Below, one piece after another: positions 47,925-58,695 of a stretch of DNA of 64,000 nucleotides (positions within the stretch are counted from its first letter, which is position 1; each line of letters opens with the position of its first letter). The stretch comes from a bacterium (GTDB lineage: Bacteria; Oederibacteriota; Muellerivitia; Muellerivitales; Muellerivitaceae), in the NCBI GenBank assembly GCA_035549195.1, contig DASZRK010000080.1, positions 36,376-100,375 on the forward strand, given 5' to 3'. The notes under the pieces are model-generated. The model was not told the DNA's origin, did not search any database, and worked only from the letters and a program-made list of their open reading frames with translations. The position numbers were made by a program, and so were the translations under genes.

Positions 47925-48344
47925 ATGATCCATTGTTGCTTTGTGGGGCCCATCAAAGATGTCCGGCTCAAGGACCTGGTCTTTGATTTCCATCGCAGGT
48001 CCCAAAAGCTTTGGCCTTTCACGATCCTGGAAGTGCCGGAAGACCCCAAGGATTTAAGGGCCTGGATCACGGCCAAGAGCGGGAAAGGGGACTGGATATC
48101 CCTGGATGCCCACGGAAAGTCCATGGACTCAACGGCTTTTTGCGGATGGGTCACCGCCCACTCCCGGGACCTTTATTTCATGGCCTGGGGAGCGGACGGC
48201 CCCCCCAAGGGCCTGGAGCTTCCGGCGGCCCAAAGCATCAGCTTGTCGACACTGACCTTCAATCATGAAGTCGCTCGTTTCATCCTTGTAGAACAACTCT
48301 ATCGGGCGGGCGCCCTCTTAAGGGGGCATCCTTATCCGAGGTAA
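47925..48344 (+). CDS. rlmH: 23S rRNA (pseudouridine1915-N3)-methyltransferase RlmH (SPOUT, YbeA)
   Basis: C-terminal ISLSTLTFNHEVARFILVEQLYRAGALLRGHPYPR matches the RlmH signature (LS.LT.PH...R..L.EQLYRA..I..GHPYHR). Confidence 0.8.
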   Translation: MIHCCFVGPIKDVRLKDLVFDFHRRSQKLWPFTILEVPEDPKDLRAWITAKSGKGDWISLDAHGKSMDSTAFCGWVTAHSRDLYFMAWGADGPPKGLELPAAQSISLSTLTFNHEVARFILVEQLYRAGALLRGHPYPR

Positions 48345-48568
48345 AGAGGAAAGTAGGCGGACGATGCTTTCTCTTGGATGGACCCGCGCTACCGGGAAAT
48401 TCATTTGTTCCGGGTCAGGGTTGTACCCAGGGTCTTGAGCGGGCAAGAAGAACCGTCTTTCGAACCCAACAATCCATCGTCGGGGACGGTTCCGATCCAC
48501 CCTGATATAATCCCGCTGAAAGGCCCTGCGACTTTTCGTGGGGCCTTTCTTTTATCCTCTCTTCATAG

Positions 48569-50620
48569 GTGACCATGAACATCGCCGAAAGGCTTTCCCG
48601 GGCCGTTCCAGACAGCTATTTGGAGCCCCGGCCCCAACAGAACGAGATGGCCCAGGAGGTCGCCGCGACCCTCGACCAGGGTGGGTTCCTGATGGCCGAG
48701 GCCGGCACAGGCGTGGGGAAGAGCTTTGCCTATCTCTTGCCCGCTTTCGACCATGTCCTGAAAAAAGGCGAACCCGTGGTCATATCGACCCACACCCTGA
48801 CACTTCAAGACCAGCTGTTCCAAAAAGACGTCCCCTTTGTCCAGATGGCACTGGAAAAAGAGGGGGCGGGCCATCCTTCGGCCATTCTCCTCAAAGGCCG
48901 GGGGAATTACCTTTCCCGCAGGCGCCTGAGCATGGCCCTGGGGGAAGGAGGGCAAATGGCATTGGATGGTTCCCAAGAAACGCTCAATCGGCTCAGGGAT
49001 TGGTCCGAGCGAACATTCGAAGGGACCTGGGCGACGGTGGATTTCCCCATTCCGCAGGATATCTGGAATGAAGTGAAAAGCGATCCTTACCATTGCATGG
49101 GCGCCCAATGCCCGACCTTCGAGACTTGTTTTTACCATTCGACCCGGAAAAAGGCCTATGGAGCCAAGGTGATCTTGGTCAATCACGCCCTTCTTTTGGC
49201 CGACCTCGCCTTGAAAATGGAGGAGGATCAAGGGGTCCTGCCGCCTTATGGTGCCTTGATCGTGGATGAGGCGCACCACTTGCCCGCCTTGGCTTCGGAA
49301 CACCTGGCGACATCCTTCACGCTTTCGGAGTGCCATGGCCTGGTCCGGAGGCTCCTTTTCACGGATGCCCGGTCCGAAAAAGCCCTCAAAGGGATATTCA
49401 CCTTGATGCCGATCACAGGAGCGGGGGAAGCGGTCATGGAATTCAAGGCGGTGGCGGACTCCTTCTTTTCCCAGGTGGCCCTGGCAACGTTCCCACCAAG
49501 GTCTTTGAACCGCGCTTATCCAATGCCGAACAATATGCCGGGTATCGAGACACTTGCCGTTCCCTTACGCAAGGTGACAGCGTTATTGGAAACCATTGAA
49601 AAAACCGCTCCCTCCGAGGAATGGGCTTTGGAGGCCCGTGGGACAAGGGAAGAGTGCCGGGCCTTGTTGAAACGGCTCTCGCTCATCCTGGAGAGGGGGT
49701 GGGGAGATGATTCCTGCTATGTGGTCGAGCCCGATAGCGCGGCCCTGCGACGGGGAGAGATCAAGGCGGCCGCCTTGAAAGCCATCCCTTTGGACGCTTC
49801 CAGCCTGTTGCGGGAGCATCTCTTATCCTCGGTCCCATCGGTGGTTTTCACCAGCGCGACCCTCTCCGTGGGGAACGATTTTTCCTATTTCAAGCATGCC
49901 CTGGGCTTGGAGGAAATGGGCGACCGGGTCAAAACCCTTTTGGTCGGTTCGCCGTTCGATTTCAAGAAACAAGTGACCTTGTTCTTGCCCCGAAAAATGC
50001 CCCATCCCCGCCGGGAAGAGGAACGCTATATCGAGGCCGTGGTCGAATATGTCCGGGCCTCCTTGCGGATCTCCCATGGAAAAGCCTTCGTTCTTTTCAC
50101 CAGCTTCAAGATGCTTCGGCGCGTGGCCGAGGCTGTCGCCCCTGACCTGGAAGAATTGGGGATCCAACTTTTGGTCCAAGGCGAGGAAGGGTGGGACCGG
50201 AATCGTTTGTTGAAAACCTTCCGGGAGGACGTCGATTCGGTCCTCTTCGGGGTCAATAGTTTCTGGGAAGGGGTCGATGTCCCGGGTGAAGCCCTTTCCA
50301 ACCTCATCATCACGAAATTGCCTTTCCAAGTGCCGGAAGGACCACTGGTCGAGGCGAGGCATGCCCGCATGAAGGAAATGGGACTGGAGCCTTTCCGGGT
50401 GGAAAGCCTGCCGGAGGCCGTCCTTCGGTTGAAACAAGGGTTCGGAAGGCTGATCCGTTCCTCCAAGGATGTGGGAACGGTCACCCTCTTGGACCCACGC
50501 TTGACGACCGAAAGATGGGGAAGCATTTTCCTCAAGGCCCTTCCGGAATGCGAGACGGTCTTTTTGTCCGGGCCTGGAACTCCCGAACGATCCGCCAAAA
50601 CAAGGGGACGACGGGGTTAA
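48569..50620 (+). CDS. ATP-dependent DNA helicase, DinG/XPD (Rad3-like) family
   Basis: Walker A AEAGTGVGKSFAYLLPA, DEAH box LIVDEAHHL, C-terminal helicase motifs (FTSATL, LFGVNSFWEGVDVPG, QGFGRLIRS). Confidence 0.75.
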   Translation: MTMNIAERLSRAVPDSYLEPRPQQNEMAQEVAATLDQGGFLMAEAGTGVGKSFAYLLPAFDHVLKKGEPVVISTHTLTLQDQLFQKDVPFVQMALEKEGAGHPSAILLKGRGNYLSRRRLSMALGEGGQMALDGSQETLNRLRDWSERTFEGTWATVDFPIPQDIWNEVKSDPYHCMGAQCPTFETCFYHSTRKKAYGAKVILVNHALLLADLALKMEEDQGVLPPYGALIVDEAHHLPALASEHLATSFTLSECHGLVRRLLFTDARSEKALKGIFTLMPITGAGEAVMEFKAVADSFFSQVALATFPPRSLNRAYPMPNNMPGIETLAVPLRKVTALLETIEKTAPSEEWALEARGTREECRALLKRLSLILERGWGDDSCYVVEPDSAALRRGEIKAAALKAIPLDASSLLREHLLSSVPSVVFTSATLSVGNDFSYFKHALGLEEMGDRVKTLLVGSPFDFKKQVTLFLPRKMPHPRREEERYIEAVVEYVRASLRISHGKAFVLFTSFKMLRRVAEAVAPDLEELGIQLLVQGEEGWDRNRLLKTFREDVDSVLFGVNSFWEGVDVPGEALSNLIITKLPFQVPEGPLVEARHARMKEMGLEPFRVESLPEAVLRLKQGFGRLIRSSKDVGTVTLLDPRLTTERWGSIFLKALPECETVFLSGPGTPERSAKTRGRRG

Positions 50621-50667
50621 CGCCAAAAAGCCCGTTGAAAGGCCTTTGGATGGGGCTAAAATGAGCC

Positions 50668-51732
50668 ATGCCTCGCCCCAAACCAGCCGCTCCGGCAGCC
50701 TCTTCCGAAACCCTTCCTTCGGAACCCCGGGTTTTGGATCCGGAAAAGACCACAGAAGACGAGGAATCAAGCCTTCGTCCCCGCTATCTGAAGGATTACA
50801 CGGGCCAATCCGCCCTGAAATCGTCCCTCTCCATTGCCCTGACCGCCGCCCAGAAACGCAAAGAGGCCCTGGAACATGTGCTTCTTTCCGGCCCGCCGGG
50901 CCTGGGAAAGACCACCCTGGCCTCCATCATCGCCCAAGAAATGGGCGTTCATTTCAAGGCCACCTCCGGGCCTGTCATCGAAAGGGCAGGTGATCTTGCG
51001 GCCCTTTTGACCAATCTTCAGCCCCATGACCTCCTTTTTATCGATGAGATCCACCGTCTCCCGCGGGCCGTGGAGGAAGTCCTTTATCCGGCGATGGAGG
51101 ATTTCGAGTTGGATATCATGATCGGAAAAGGACCCACGGCCAGAGCCGTCCGGCTGAACCTACCGCCTTTCACCTTGGTCGGTGCGACCACCCGGGCTGG
51201 AAAGGTGAGCGCGCCGCTTCGCGACCGCTTTGGCCTGGCCTATCGGCTGGAATTCTATGAGCCTGGGGAATTGACCGAGATCCTGGTGCGGTCGGCCCAG
51301 GTGCTCCACATCCGGATCGATGCGGGCGGAGCCGCCGAGATCGCGCGGCGGTCCCGGGGGACACCCAGGCTGGCCAACCGGCTTTTGAAACGGGTCAGGG
51401 ACTATGCCCAAGTGAAAGGGAAGGGGATCATCGACCAAGGCGCCGCCGATGCCGCCTTGAAACTCCTGGACGTGGACGGTCTGGGCTTGGACCTCATGGA
51501 CCGACGTATATTGGATTGTATCGTCTCGAAATTCTCAGGGGGACCTGTGGGATTGGAGACCCTGGCCATGGCGGTGGGCGAGGAGGCGGAGACCGTCGAG
51601 GATGTCTATGAACCGTTCTTGGTCCAACTAGGGTTCCTCCAGCGCACGCCGGCTGGTCGTAAAGCGACCCTTGCCGCCTGTCACCATTTGGGGGTCCAAC
51701 CGCCCGCCTCCGCCCAAGGATCCCTCCTATGA
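50668..51732 (+). CDS. ruvB: Holliday junction branch migration helicase RuvB
   Basis: [43 protein letters not shown], winged-helix C-terminal domain. Very high conservation. Confidence 0.92.
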   Translation: MPRPKPAAPAASSETLPSEPRVLDPEKTTEDEESSLRPRYLKDYTGQSALKSSLSIALTAAQKRKEALEHVLLSGPPGLGKTTLASIIAQEMGVHFKATSGPVIERAGDLAALLTNLQPHDLLFIDEIHRLPRAVEEVLYPAMEDFELDIMIGKGPTARAVRLNLPPFTLVGATTRAGKVSAPLRDRFGLAYRLEFYEPGELTEILVRSAQVLHIRIDAGGAAEIARRSRGTPRLANRLLKRVRDYAQVKGKGIIDQGAADAALKLLDVDGLGLDLMDRRILDCIVSKFSGGPVGLETLAMAVGEEAETVEDVYEPFLVQLGFLQRTPAGRKATLAACHHLGVQPPASAQGSLL

Positions 51733-52997
51733 GCACCAGCCGTCCGGGCCTCAAGAAGGCCGAGATCGTCCTTTATTCGGCCATCACCCTCCTGGGGGTG
51801 GTCTTGGGACTTACGTTCCCCCTACTGGCCAACTTGAAGCAGGACGGACGCTTCTGGTATTACCTGATCTGCGTCCTTTCGGGTGTCTTCGCCGCCGGCC
51901 TGATCCTTTGGGTGGTCCAAAAGATCGTCCTGGCGCCCTTGGAGGAATTCCTGGACGCCATGGAAAGGGCTTCCCAGGGGGACCTGAACGTTTCCATCGA
52001 AGGGAAATATATCGGTGATTTCCAGACCTTGGCCCAACATTTCAACACCATGCTCCGCTCCATCCGCGGCTCGGTGGAGCAGCTCAAGAAAAGTTCGGAA
52101 GAGACCCTTTACCTGGCCGAACAGTTGACCCAGACCATCCAACAGATGCACGGAGCCACGGAGGAGGTCTCTTCCACCATCCAGAACATCTCCAAGGGGG
52201 CGGAGGAACAGGCGGTCAAGGTCCAGGAGGCCTTCAATATCATCGACAAGATGGCCGGGAACATCCAAAGTTCCGCGGAGCTCCTGAGCACCTCCGAGAG
52301 GGTCGTGGCCCGGGCCAAGGAGACCTCGGCTGCGGGGAGCCGGGCGGTCCAACGGACGACGGTGCAAATGAACGCCATCCATGAGGTGGTCCAGAACTCG
52401 GCGCGGGAGGTGACCGAACTGGGCTTCCGCTCGAAGGCCATCGGCAAGGTCGTGGAGGTCATCACCCACATTTCGGACCAAACTAACCTTCTGGCCTTGA
52501 ACGCCGCCATCGAAGCGGCCCGGGCCGGTGAGTATGGGCGCGGTTTCGCGGTGGTCGCCGAGGAGGTCAAAAAGCTCGCGGAGGGGAGCGCCGAAGCCGC
52601 CAACCAGATCGGTGTGATGATCCGCGAGATCCAAAAGGAGATATCGGTCGTGGTCAGTTCCATGGCTTCGGGCGCGGAAAAGGTCACCCAAGGTCTGGCC
52701 GTGGTATCGGAAGGTGGCGACGCCTTGAAGGAGATCCAAGCCGCATCCGACGAGGTGGCGGTCCAGGTCCAGGAAATATCCAAATCGTTCGAAAACCAGG
52801 CGGACCAGGCGGGAAAGGTGGTGGAGGCCATCACCAATATCGTGGCGGTTTCCGAGGAAAATGCCTCGGCCACCGAGGAGATATCCGCTTCGACCGAGGA
52901 ATTGACGGCATCGATGGAATCCATGGTCGCCGCCGCGCGCCAGTTGGAAGGGGTGGCCCAACGGCTCCGGGAGGCTGCCGCGAACTTCAAGGAATGA
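51729..52997 (+). CDS. methyl-accepting chemotaxis protein (short periplasmic loop, HAMP, MCP signalling domain)
   Basis: Two N-terminal TM helices, HAMP, then highly conserved tip [34 protein letters not shown]. Confidence 0.85.
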   Translation: MSTSRPGLKKAEIVLYSAITLLGVVLGLTFPLLANLKQDGRFWYYLICVLSGVFAAGLILWVVQKIVLAPLEEFLDAMERASQGDLNVSIEGKYIGDFQTLAQHFNTMLRSIRGSVEQLKKSSEETLYLAEQLTQTIQQMHGATEEVSSTIQNISKGAEEQAVKVQEAFNIIDKMAGNIQSSAELLSTSERVVARAKETSAAGSRAVQRTTVQMNAIHEVVQNSAREVTELGFRSKAIGKVVEVITHISDQTNLLALNAAIEAARAGEYGRGFAVVAEEVKKLAEGSAEAANQIGVMIREIQKEISVVVSSMASGAEKVTQGLAVVSEGGDALKEIQAASDEVAVQVQEISKSFENQADQAGKVVEAITNIVAVSEENASATEEISASTEELTASMESMVAAARQLEGVAQRLREAAANFKE

Positions 52998-53156
52998 TGG
53001 CCTGTAATCTGGTTGGACGTCCGATCGTCATTTTTGTTCCGTGGAAAATCGGAATTAATTCGTGCCCAAACGGTTAAAGAAGTTGAAAAATCCTTAGCGT
53101 GGTTTATATTTTTACCCCGTCGTCCCTCAATTCCCGTTTCGTAAAGGCATTGGCTC

Positions 53157-54098
53157 TTGATCGAAGTCAAAGAGTTGGTCAAAACCTATGGGGCTCTCGC
53201 GGCGGTCGACCGAGTGACCTTTTCGGTTCCCAAAGGTTCCATCCTGGGCCTTTTGGGGCCCAATGGGGCCGGCAAGACAACGACCATGCGGATCCTGACC
53301 ACCTCCCTGGCCCTCAGCTCGGGTAAGGCGACGGTCGCCGGGTTCGACGTGGTGGAACAACCCCAGGAAGTCCGCAAGAGGATCGGTTACCTCCCCGAGA
53401 TCCCGCCCATCTATCAGGACATGTCGGTGGTCAACTACCTTCGCTTCGTGGCGGACATCAAGGAAGTGCCTTCGGACCAAAAGGCGAACCGGGTGGGGGA
53501 GGTCCTGGAACTGCTTTCGCTCGAGGACATGGGCAAACGGATGATCGGGCATCTTTCCTTGGGTTACCGCCAAAGGGTGGGGTTGGCCCAGGCCCTGATC
53601 CACGACCCCGAGGTCTTGATCCTCGATGAGCCGACCCGGGGCCTGGACCCGAAACAGATCCAAGAGATCCGCAAATTGATCAAATCCTTAAGCGGGAAAA
53701 AGACCATCATTCTTTCCACCCATATCCTGCCCGAGGTTTCCTCGACCTGTGACGATGTGGTCATCATCGACCGGGGTCGGGTGGTGGCGGCGGATACGGT
53801 CGAGAACCTTTCCCAGCGGGTCTCCGGCGGAAAGACCCTGGAGATCGAAGTGAAGGGGCCCCAGGTGGAAGTGGCCAAGGCCCTGGAAAAGACGGAGGGC
53901 GTCTCAACGGTCAAGACCGCCGATAAGGAAGTGCGTGGACTTTGCCGTTTCGAGGTCACCACCGACGGGTCCAACGAGGCCCGGGAAGCGCTCTTCCAGA
54001 CCGTCGTGAAGAACAAATGGGTCCTCTACCAGTTGACCCCGCTGGGCATGAGCTTGGAGGATGTTTTCTTGAAGCTGACCACCAAGGAGGGCGCCTAG
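53157..54098 (+). CDS. ABC transporter ATP-binding protein (GldA/ABC-2 type)
   Basis: Walker A LGPNGAGKTTTMRIL, signature LSLGYRQRVGLAQAL, Walker B LILDEPTRGLD. Confidence 0.85.
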   Translation: MIEVKELVKTYGALAAVDRVTFSVPKGSILGLLGPNGAGKTTTMRILTTSLALSSGKATVAGFDVVEQPQEVRKRIGYLPEIPPIYQDMSVVNYLRFVADIKEVPSDQKANRVGEVLELLSLEDMGKRMIGHLSLGYRQRVGLAQALIHDPEVLILDEPTRGLDPKQIQEIRKLIKSLSGKKTIILSTHILPEVSSTCDDVVIIDRGRVVAADTVENLSQRVSGGKTLEIEVKGPQVEVAKALEKTEGVSTVKTADKEVRGLCRFEVTTDGSNEAREALFQTVVKNKWVLYQLTPLGMSLEDVFLKLTTKEGA

Positions 54099-54811
54099 TG
54101 AACGCCCGCAAACTTTCAGCCCTGGTCCGCAAGGAATTGACCCACTATTTCTCCTCTTTTATGGGGTATGTGGTCCTCTTCGCCTTTTTCCTCATCAGCG
54201 GCTTCTTTTACTTCCTGATCGTGACCCAAGGGCGGCAGGCGAGCATGCAGCCTGTCTTCCAGAACTTGCTGGTCATCCTTCTTTTCGTGACCCCGGCCAT
54301 CACCATGCGGCTTTGGAGCGAAGAGGAAAAATCAGGGACCGCTGAATTGTTGAAAACTTCGCCGCTGACGGTCTGGGAGATCGTGATCGGGAAATTCCTG
54401 GGTGTCACCTGCTTTTTCCTGGTGACCCTGGTCCCGACCTTCATTTACCTGGCCTTTCTCGTTGTCCTGGGGAATCCGGACATCCCCCCGGTCTTCGCCA
54501 ATTACCTGGGGTATGTACTCGCGGCCATGGGATTCTTCGCCGTAGGTCTTTTGGCCTCGACGTTCACCGAGAACCAGATCATTTCGGCCATCATCGCCTT
54601 TGGAATGCTGCTTCTCCTTTGGGTGGTAGGGGCGGCCGGTTCGGGGGCCCAAGGTTCCCTTGGGGATTTCCTGAAGTACCTCTCCATCTTTGAACATACC
54701 AACGACTTTTTCTCCGGGATCATCGACCTGGGGCATATCGTCTACTTCCTGAGCCTCATTTTCCTGGGACTTTTCTTTTCAGTGAAAGTCTTGGAAGGCA
54801 AGAGGAACTGA
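54098..54811 (+). CDS. ABC-2 family transporter permease (GldF-like)
   Basis: GTG at 54098 overlapping the ATPase stop (TAGTG). ~237 aa with 6 predicted TM helices. Track ORF 53942-54811 is in the same frame. Confidence 0.65.
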   Translation: MNARKLSALVRKELTHYFSSFMGYVVLFAFFLISGFFYFLIVTQGRQASMQPVFQNLLVILLFVTPAITMRLWSEEEKSGTAELLKTSPLTVWEIVIGKFLGVTCFFLVTLVPTFIYLAFLVVLGNPDIPPVFANYLGYVLAAMGFFAVGLLASTFTENQIISAIIAFGMLLLLWVVGAAGSGAQGSLGDFLKYLSIFEHTNDFFSGIIDLGHIVYFLSLIFLGLFFSVKVLEGKRN

Positions 54812-54812
54812 C

Positions 54813-56417
54813 ATGAACTTGAACCAAACCTTCATCCGTATCCGTTCCCTGAACGTGGTCTTCCTCTCCGTGGGCATGGCTTTGCTGCTGGGGGGGATCC
54901 TGGCCGTCCTGGTGCTGGACACCACCAGTTGGTGGAACATCACCCTCATGGCACTGGGGTTGGTCCTCTTGATCCTATTCCTGTCGGCCAATCTGGCCGA
55001 TGTGAAGGCGGTGGGTAAGAGACGCGGAACGGTCGTGAGGGCCAACCTGACCCTCGTTTCCGTCGCAATGGCCGGGATCATCATCGGCTTGAACTACATC
55101 GTTTCCCGCCATCCGTTTCGGTATGACATGACTTCGAACAAGATCTACACCCTCTCGGACCAGACGCTCGAGATCCTCGGCAAGCTCAAGCAGGAGGTCG
55201 ATGTGACCATGATCACCTCGGCCAAGCGCTCTTCCGCCGAGATCCAAAAAGCCCAACAACTGCTCGAAGAATACGGGAAGCACTCGACCAAGTTCAGGTT
55301 GAAGGTGGTCGACGGGGACCGGAACCCCGCTGAGGTCCAAAAACTGAGGGTGACGGAGGCCAATACGGTCGTTTTCGAATCCGGGGCGAACCGCAAGGAT
55401 GTGCTCCAGAGGGATTACATCACCTATTCCATGATGGGCCGTCAGCCGGTGCCGAAATTCCAAGGGGAAGCCGCTTTCACCTCGGCCCTCCTGAAGATGG
55501 TGGATGACTCTCACAAGACCTTCTATTTGACGGAAGGCCATGGGGAACGGGACCTGAACAGCCCCCAAGGGGACGGTTTGAACGGGATCAAGGAGCTTCT
55601 TGAGAAGGAAAACTACACGGTCAAAAGCTTGAACCTGCTGACCTCGGGGAAGATCCCCGAAGACGCCACTTTGATCGGCATCATTGGACCGGAAAAACCA
55701 TTCCAAAATTCCGAGGAGGTGTTCCTGCGGGATTACCTTAAGAAAGGCGGGAAGATGGTCCTTTGTGTCGATCCCATGGTCCATTCGGGACTCGATGCCC
55801 TTCTCAAGGATTTTGGCCTGTCCCTGGACAACGATTATTTGGTCGATATGACCATGAGCATACCGCCCGACCCGCGCAACATCGTCCCCCAATACATGGG
55901 CCATTCCATCGTCCAAAAGCTGGCGGACAGTCGGGTCCTGACCATCATGCCGTTCATGCGGAGCATCCATAAGGGGACCGCGGCCCTCGAAGGTGTGGTC
56001 CAGGGGCTCCTGATGCAAACGACGTCCAACGGATATGGCGGGAAGGACTTCAAGGCCCGGACGCTCAAGCGGGAGCCCGGGGACTTGAGCGGCCCCCTCG
56101 ACATGGGCTACGCCTGTGAATATCCCGTGCCGGGCTCGAGCGACAAGAAGGCCCGGTTGGTCGTGATCGGCGGCTCCAATTTCATGACCAACAATTTCCT
56201 CCAAGCTCCCGGGAACGGCGACTTGGCCATCAATTGCTTCAGCTGGGCGGCGGAGGATGAGAACAAGATCTCCATCCATCCGAAGACGGAGGAGAACCGG
56301 ACCGTCAACCTGACCACCGTCAGTGCGAACCTGATCAAGTACGTCGCGGTAGGCCTTATTCCTTTCGGGACCCTCCTGCTCGGCGGGGTGGTCTGGTACC
56401 GCCGCCGTTCCCTCTGA
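54813..56417 (+). CDS. GldG-like ABC-transporter auxiliary component (ABC-type uncharacterized transport system family)
   Basis: N-terminal TM pair, large periplasmic domain, C-terminal TM (YVAVGLIPFGTLLLGGVVWY). Architecture and position after an ABC-2 permease are typical of GldG. Confidence 0.7.
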   Translation: MNLNQTFIRIRSLNVVFLSVGMALLLGGILAVLVLDTTSWWNITLMALGLVLLILFLSANLADVKAVGKRRGTVVRANLTLVSVAMAGIIIGLNYIVSRHPFRYDMTSNKIYTLSDQTLEILGKLKQEVDVTMITSAKRSSAEIQKAQQLLEEYGKHSTKFRLKVVDGDRNPAEVQKLRVTEANTVVFESGANRKDVLQRDYITYSMMGRQPVPKFQGEAAFTSALLKMVDDSHKTFYLTEGHGERDLNSPQGDGLNGIKELLEKENYTVKSLNLLTSGKIPEDATLIGIIGPEKPFQNSEEVFLRDYLKKGGKMVLCVDPMVHSGLDALLKDFGLSLDNDYLVDMTMSIPPDPRNIVPQYMGHSIVQKLADSRVLTIMPFMRSIHKGTAALEGVVQGLLMQTTSNGYGGKDFKARTLKREPGDLSGPLDMGYACEYPVPGSSDKKARLVVIGGSNFMTNNFLQAPGNGDLAINCFSWAAEDENKISIHPKTEENRTVNLTTVSANLIKYVAVGLIPFGTLLLGGVVWYRRRSL

Positions 56418-56435
56418 TCCTTCGGAGTCGACCTT

Positions 56436-57818
56436 TTGAAGAACTTCAAGACCACCTATTTTTATCTCCTGGTCGTAGTCCTCGTCGGCGGCTACATCTA
56501 TTTCTTCGAGAGGGGACCGGCCAAGAAACCCGAGGATGATAAAAAGGTCGCGGTGCTCGACCGTTTCGTGGCCGATGAGATCCAGAGCATCCAGGTGGAG
56601 GACTTTTCGAACAGCGCCAATGTCAAGATGGGGCCCATCCTCATGACGAAGGGCGACAAGGACGTTTGGACGATCGATTCCCCTAAACACTACAAGGCGG
56701 ATGAGGCCACGATCCGCTCTCTCCTGACGGGGATCGGGGACATGAACCCGGAAACGACCATTGAGGCACCCTCCGACCTGAAGCAATTCGGTTTGGACCC
56801 GCCCCAGGGGAAATGCACCCTCAAGTCCAAAAGCGGGCAGACCTTCGTCCTATTGGTCGGTAATAAAGCCATCGGCGGCTCGACGGTCTATGTGAGACCG
56901 GGAGACAAGAACAAGGTCTACTTGGTCGGCTCCTACGCGGCGGACAACCTGCATAAGGGTCTTGACTCCTACCGGGACCGCTTCTTTTTCAAGACCGATT
57001 CCGTCTTGGCCCGGAAGGTTCGTGTCGTCCGGGACGGGAAAACCGCCTCTTTCGAACGGGACAAGGGGGGGCAGTGGAACATCGTGGCCCCGATCCAGTC
57101 CAAGGCCGACACGAACAAGGTCCGGGACCTACTGAACACCATCAGTTCGCTCCGGATCGAGGAATTCGTCACGGACCATCCGACGGACCTCAAGATCTAC
57201 GGACTTTCTTCCCCCCATATCCGCATTGAGGTGCAGAACAGCGACTCGTCCGGCACCCATTCCATCCTGATCGGGCGTAAAAAACTCAAGACGACCAATC
57301 TCTATGCCAAATCAGGCGAGGAGCCCTATGTGGGTTTGGTGGGGGAATATATCGACAAGTCCCTGGACCTCAAGATCGACGATTATCGGGATAAAACGGC
57401 CCTTCAATTCGATGGCGGAGCGGTCAAGAATTTGGTGGTCCGCCGGGGGAGCGCCTCCTATGCCTATCAAAAGGACGTGAAGGGAGCATGGACCTGTCCC
57501 GGACGGCCGAACGCCGATAACGAGGCCAAGAACTTGATCGACCAATTGGCGTCGGAGACCGTCCTCGAATTCCCGCCCTCCGATGAGGCTACGGGGCTGA
57601 AAGAACCCGTTTTCCAGGTGGAGGTGACCCTGGCGGATGGGAGCACGGCCAACTATCGTTTTGGGCGGCGGGAGCAAGGGAAGGTCTTCGTCAGTTCCAG
57701 CCGGTCCAAGGACGTCTATAAGATCGCGGATGCCGTCGTTTCCACGATGGAAGGCTACTACAATTCGATCCTGACGCCGGTGGCGGCCCCGGCGAAGTCC
57801 GCTCAGCCCTCCAAGTAA
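56436..57818 (+). CDS. DUF4340-like periplasmic protein (commonly downstream of gldG homologs)
   Basis: N-terminal TM, then repeated beta-rich modules. Genomic context after gldG-like gene. Domain assignment from memory of typical pairing. Confidence 0.55.
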   Translation: MKNFKTTYFYLLVVVLVGGYIYFFERGPAKKPEDDKKVAVLDRFVADEIQSIQVEDFSNSANVKMGPILMTKGDKDVWTIDSPKHYKADEATIRSLLTGIGDMNPETTIEAPSDLKQFGLDPPQGKCTLKSKSGQTFVLLVGNKAIGGSTVYVRPGDKNKVYLVGSYAADNLHKGLDSYRDRFFFKTDSVLARKVRVVRDGKTASFERDKGGQWNIVAPIQSKADTNKVRDLLNTISSLRIEEFVTDHPTDLKIYGLSSPHIRIEVQNSDSSGTHSILIGRKKLKTTNLYAKSGEEPYVGLVGEYIDKSLDLKIDDYRDKTALQFDGGAVKNLVVRRGSASYAYQKDVKGAWTCPGRPNADNEAKNLIDQLASETVLEFPPSDEATGLKEPVFQVEVTLADGSTANYRFGRREQGKVFVSSSRSKDVYKIADAVVSTMEGYYNSILTPVAAPAKSAQPSK

Positions 57819-57840
57819 GGACCTCCCGTGGTCCGGCCTA

Positions 57841-58653
57841 GTGTATAGTGCCCCCATGTCCGAGCCCGTCCAAGACCGGCCCAAATATCTGACCGAACAC
57901 CTGAGCGAACTTCGGAGAGCCCTGATCCGCAGCGGGTTCTTCGCCCTCGCCGGGATGGCGCTGGCCTTTTGGCGTTCGGACCTTCTTTTCGCCTGGCTCT
58001 TGAGGCCTTTTCTTCAAGTTTTGTCCAAACCCTCGGCGGCCGTCGCCCACGTGCATGAGCTCCAGACCCTGAACCCGACCGAAGCCTTCATGGTGGATAT
58101 GAAGCTGGCGGCCATCGCCGGGATCCTCTTGGCTTCCCCGTTCCTCTTGGTCCAGATCTGGTCCTTCGTTTCCCCCGCATTGAAAGCCCATGAGCGGGGG
58201 GCCATGTTGACCGTCTTCATCCTTTTCTTGGCGTTCTTTTTCGGGGGCCTGGCCTTTGGCTATTACCTGATCGTGCCGATGGCCTTGGATTTCCTGATCC
58301 GATACAACCTGGATTTCCATTTCATCCCTCAATGGACCCTCCAGGGCTATTTCGCCTTCGTCGTCAATTTCCTGTTGATCTTCGGGTTCCTGTTCGAACT
58401 TCCACTGGTGCTGGCCGCCCTGGTCTCCATCGGGATCGCCACACCCGCCTTCCTCAGCCAGAAGCGCAAGCATGCCGTCGTCGGTTCCTTCATCCTGGCG
58501 CTTTTTGTCGCGCCCAGCGCCGATCCGGTGACCCAGACCATCGTGGCGGTCCCATTGATCCTGCTCTACGAGATCGGGATCCTCCTGTCGAAAGTCGCCT
58601 TCTACCGCCGCAACCGCCATGATCCGCCGCAGGCTGGCTCGATTGACATTTAA
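57841..58653 (+). CDS. tatC: twin-arginine translocase subunit TatC
   Basis: LTEHLSELRRALIRS..., 6 TM helices, conserved FLLIFGFLFELPLV. Alternative Met at 57856. Confidence 0.85.
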   Translation: MYSAPMSEPVQDRPKYLTEHLSELRRALIRSGFFALAGMALAFWRSDLLFAWLLRPFLQVLSKPSAAVAHVHELQTLNPTEAFMVDMKLAAIAGILLASPFLLVQIWSFVSPALKAHERGAMLTVFILFLAFFFGGLAFGYYLIVPMALDFLIRYNLDFHFIPQWTLQGYFAFVVNFLLIFGFLFELPLVLAALVSIGIATPAFLSQKRKHAVVGSFILALFVAPSADPVTQTIVAVPLILLYEIGILLSKVAFYRRNRHDPPQAGSIDI

Positions 58654-58695
58654 AATAGGGGGGTCGATAATCCCCAAAATGATCGGGAGGACGAC

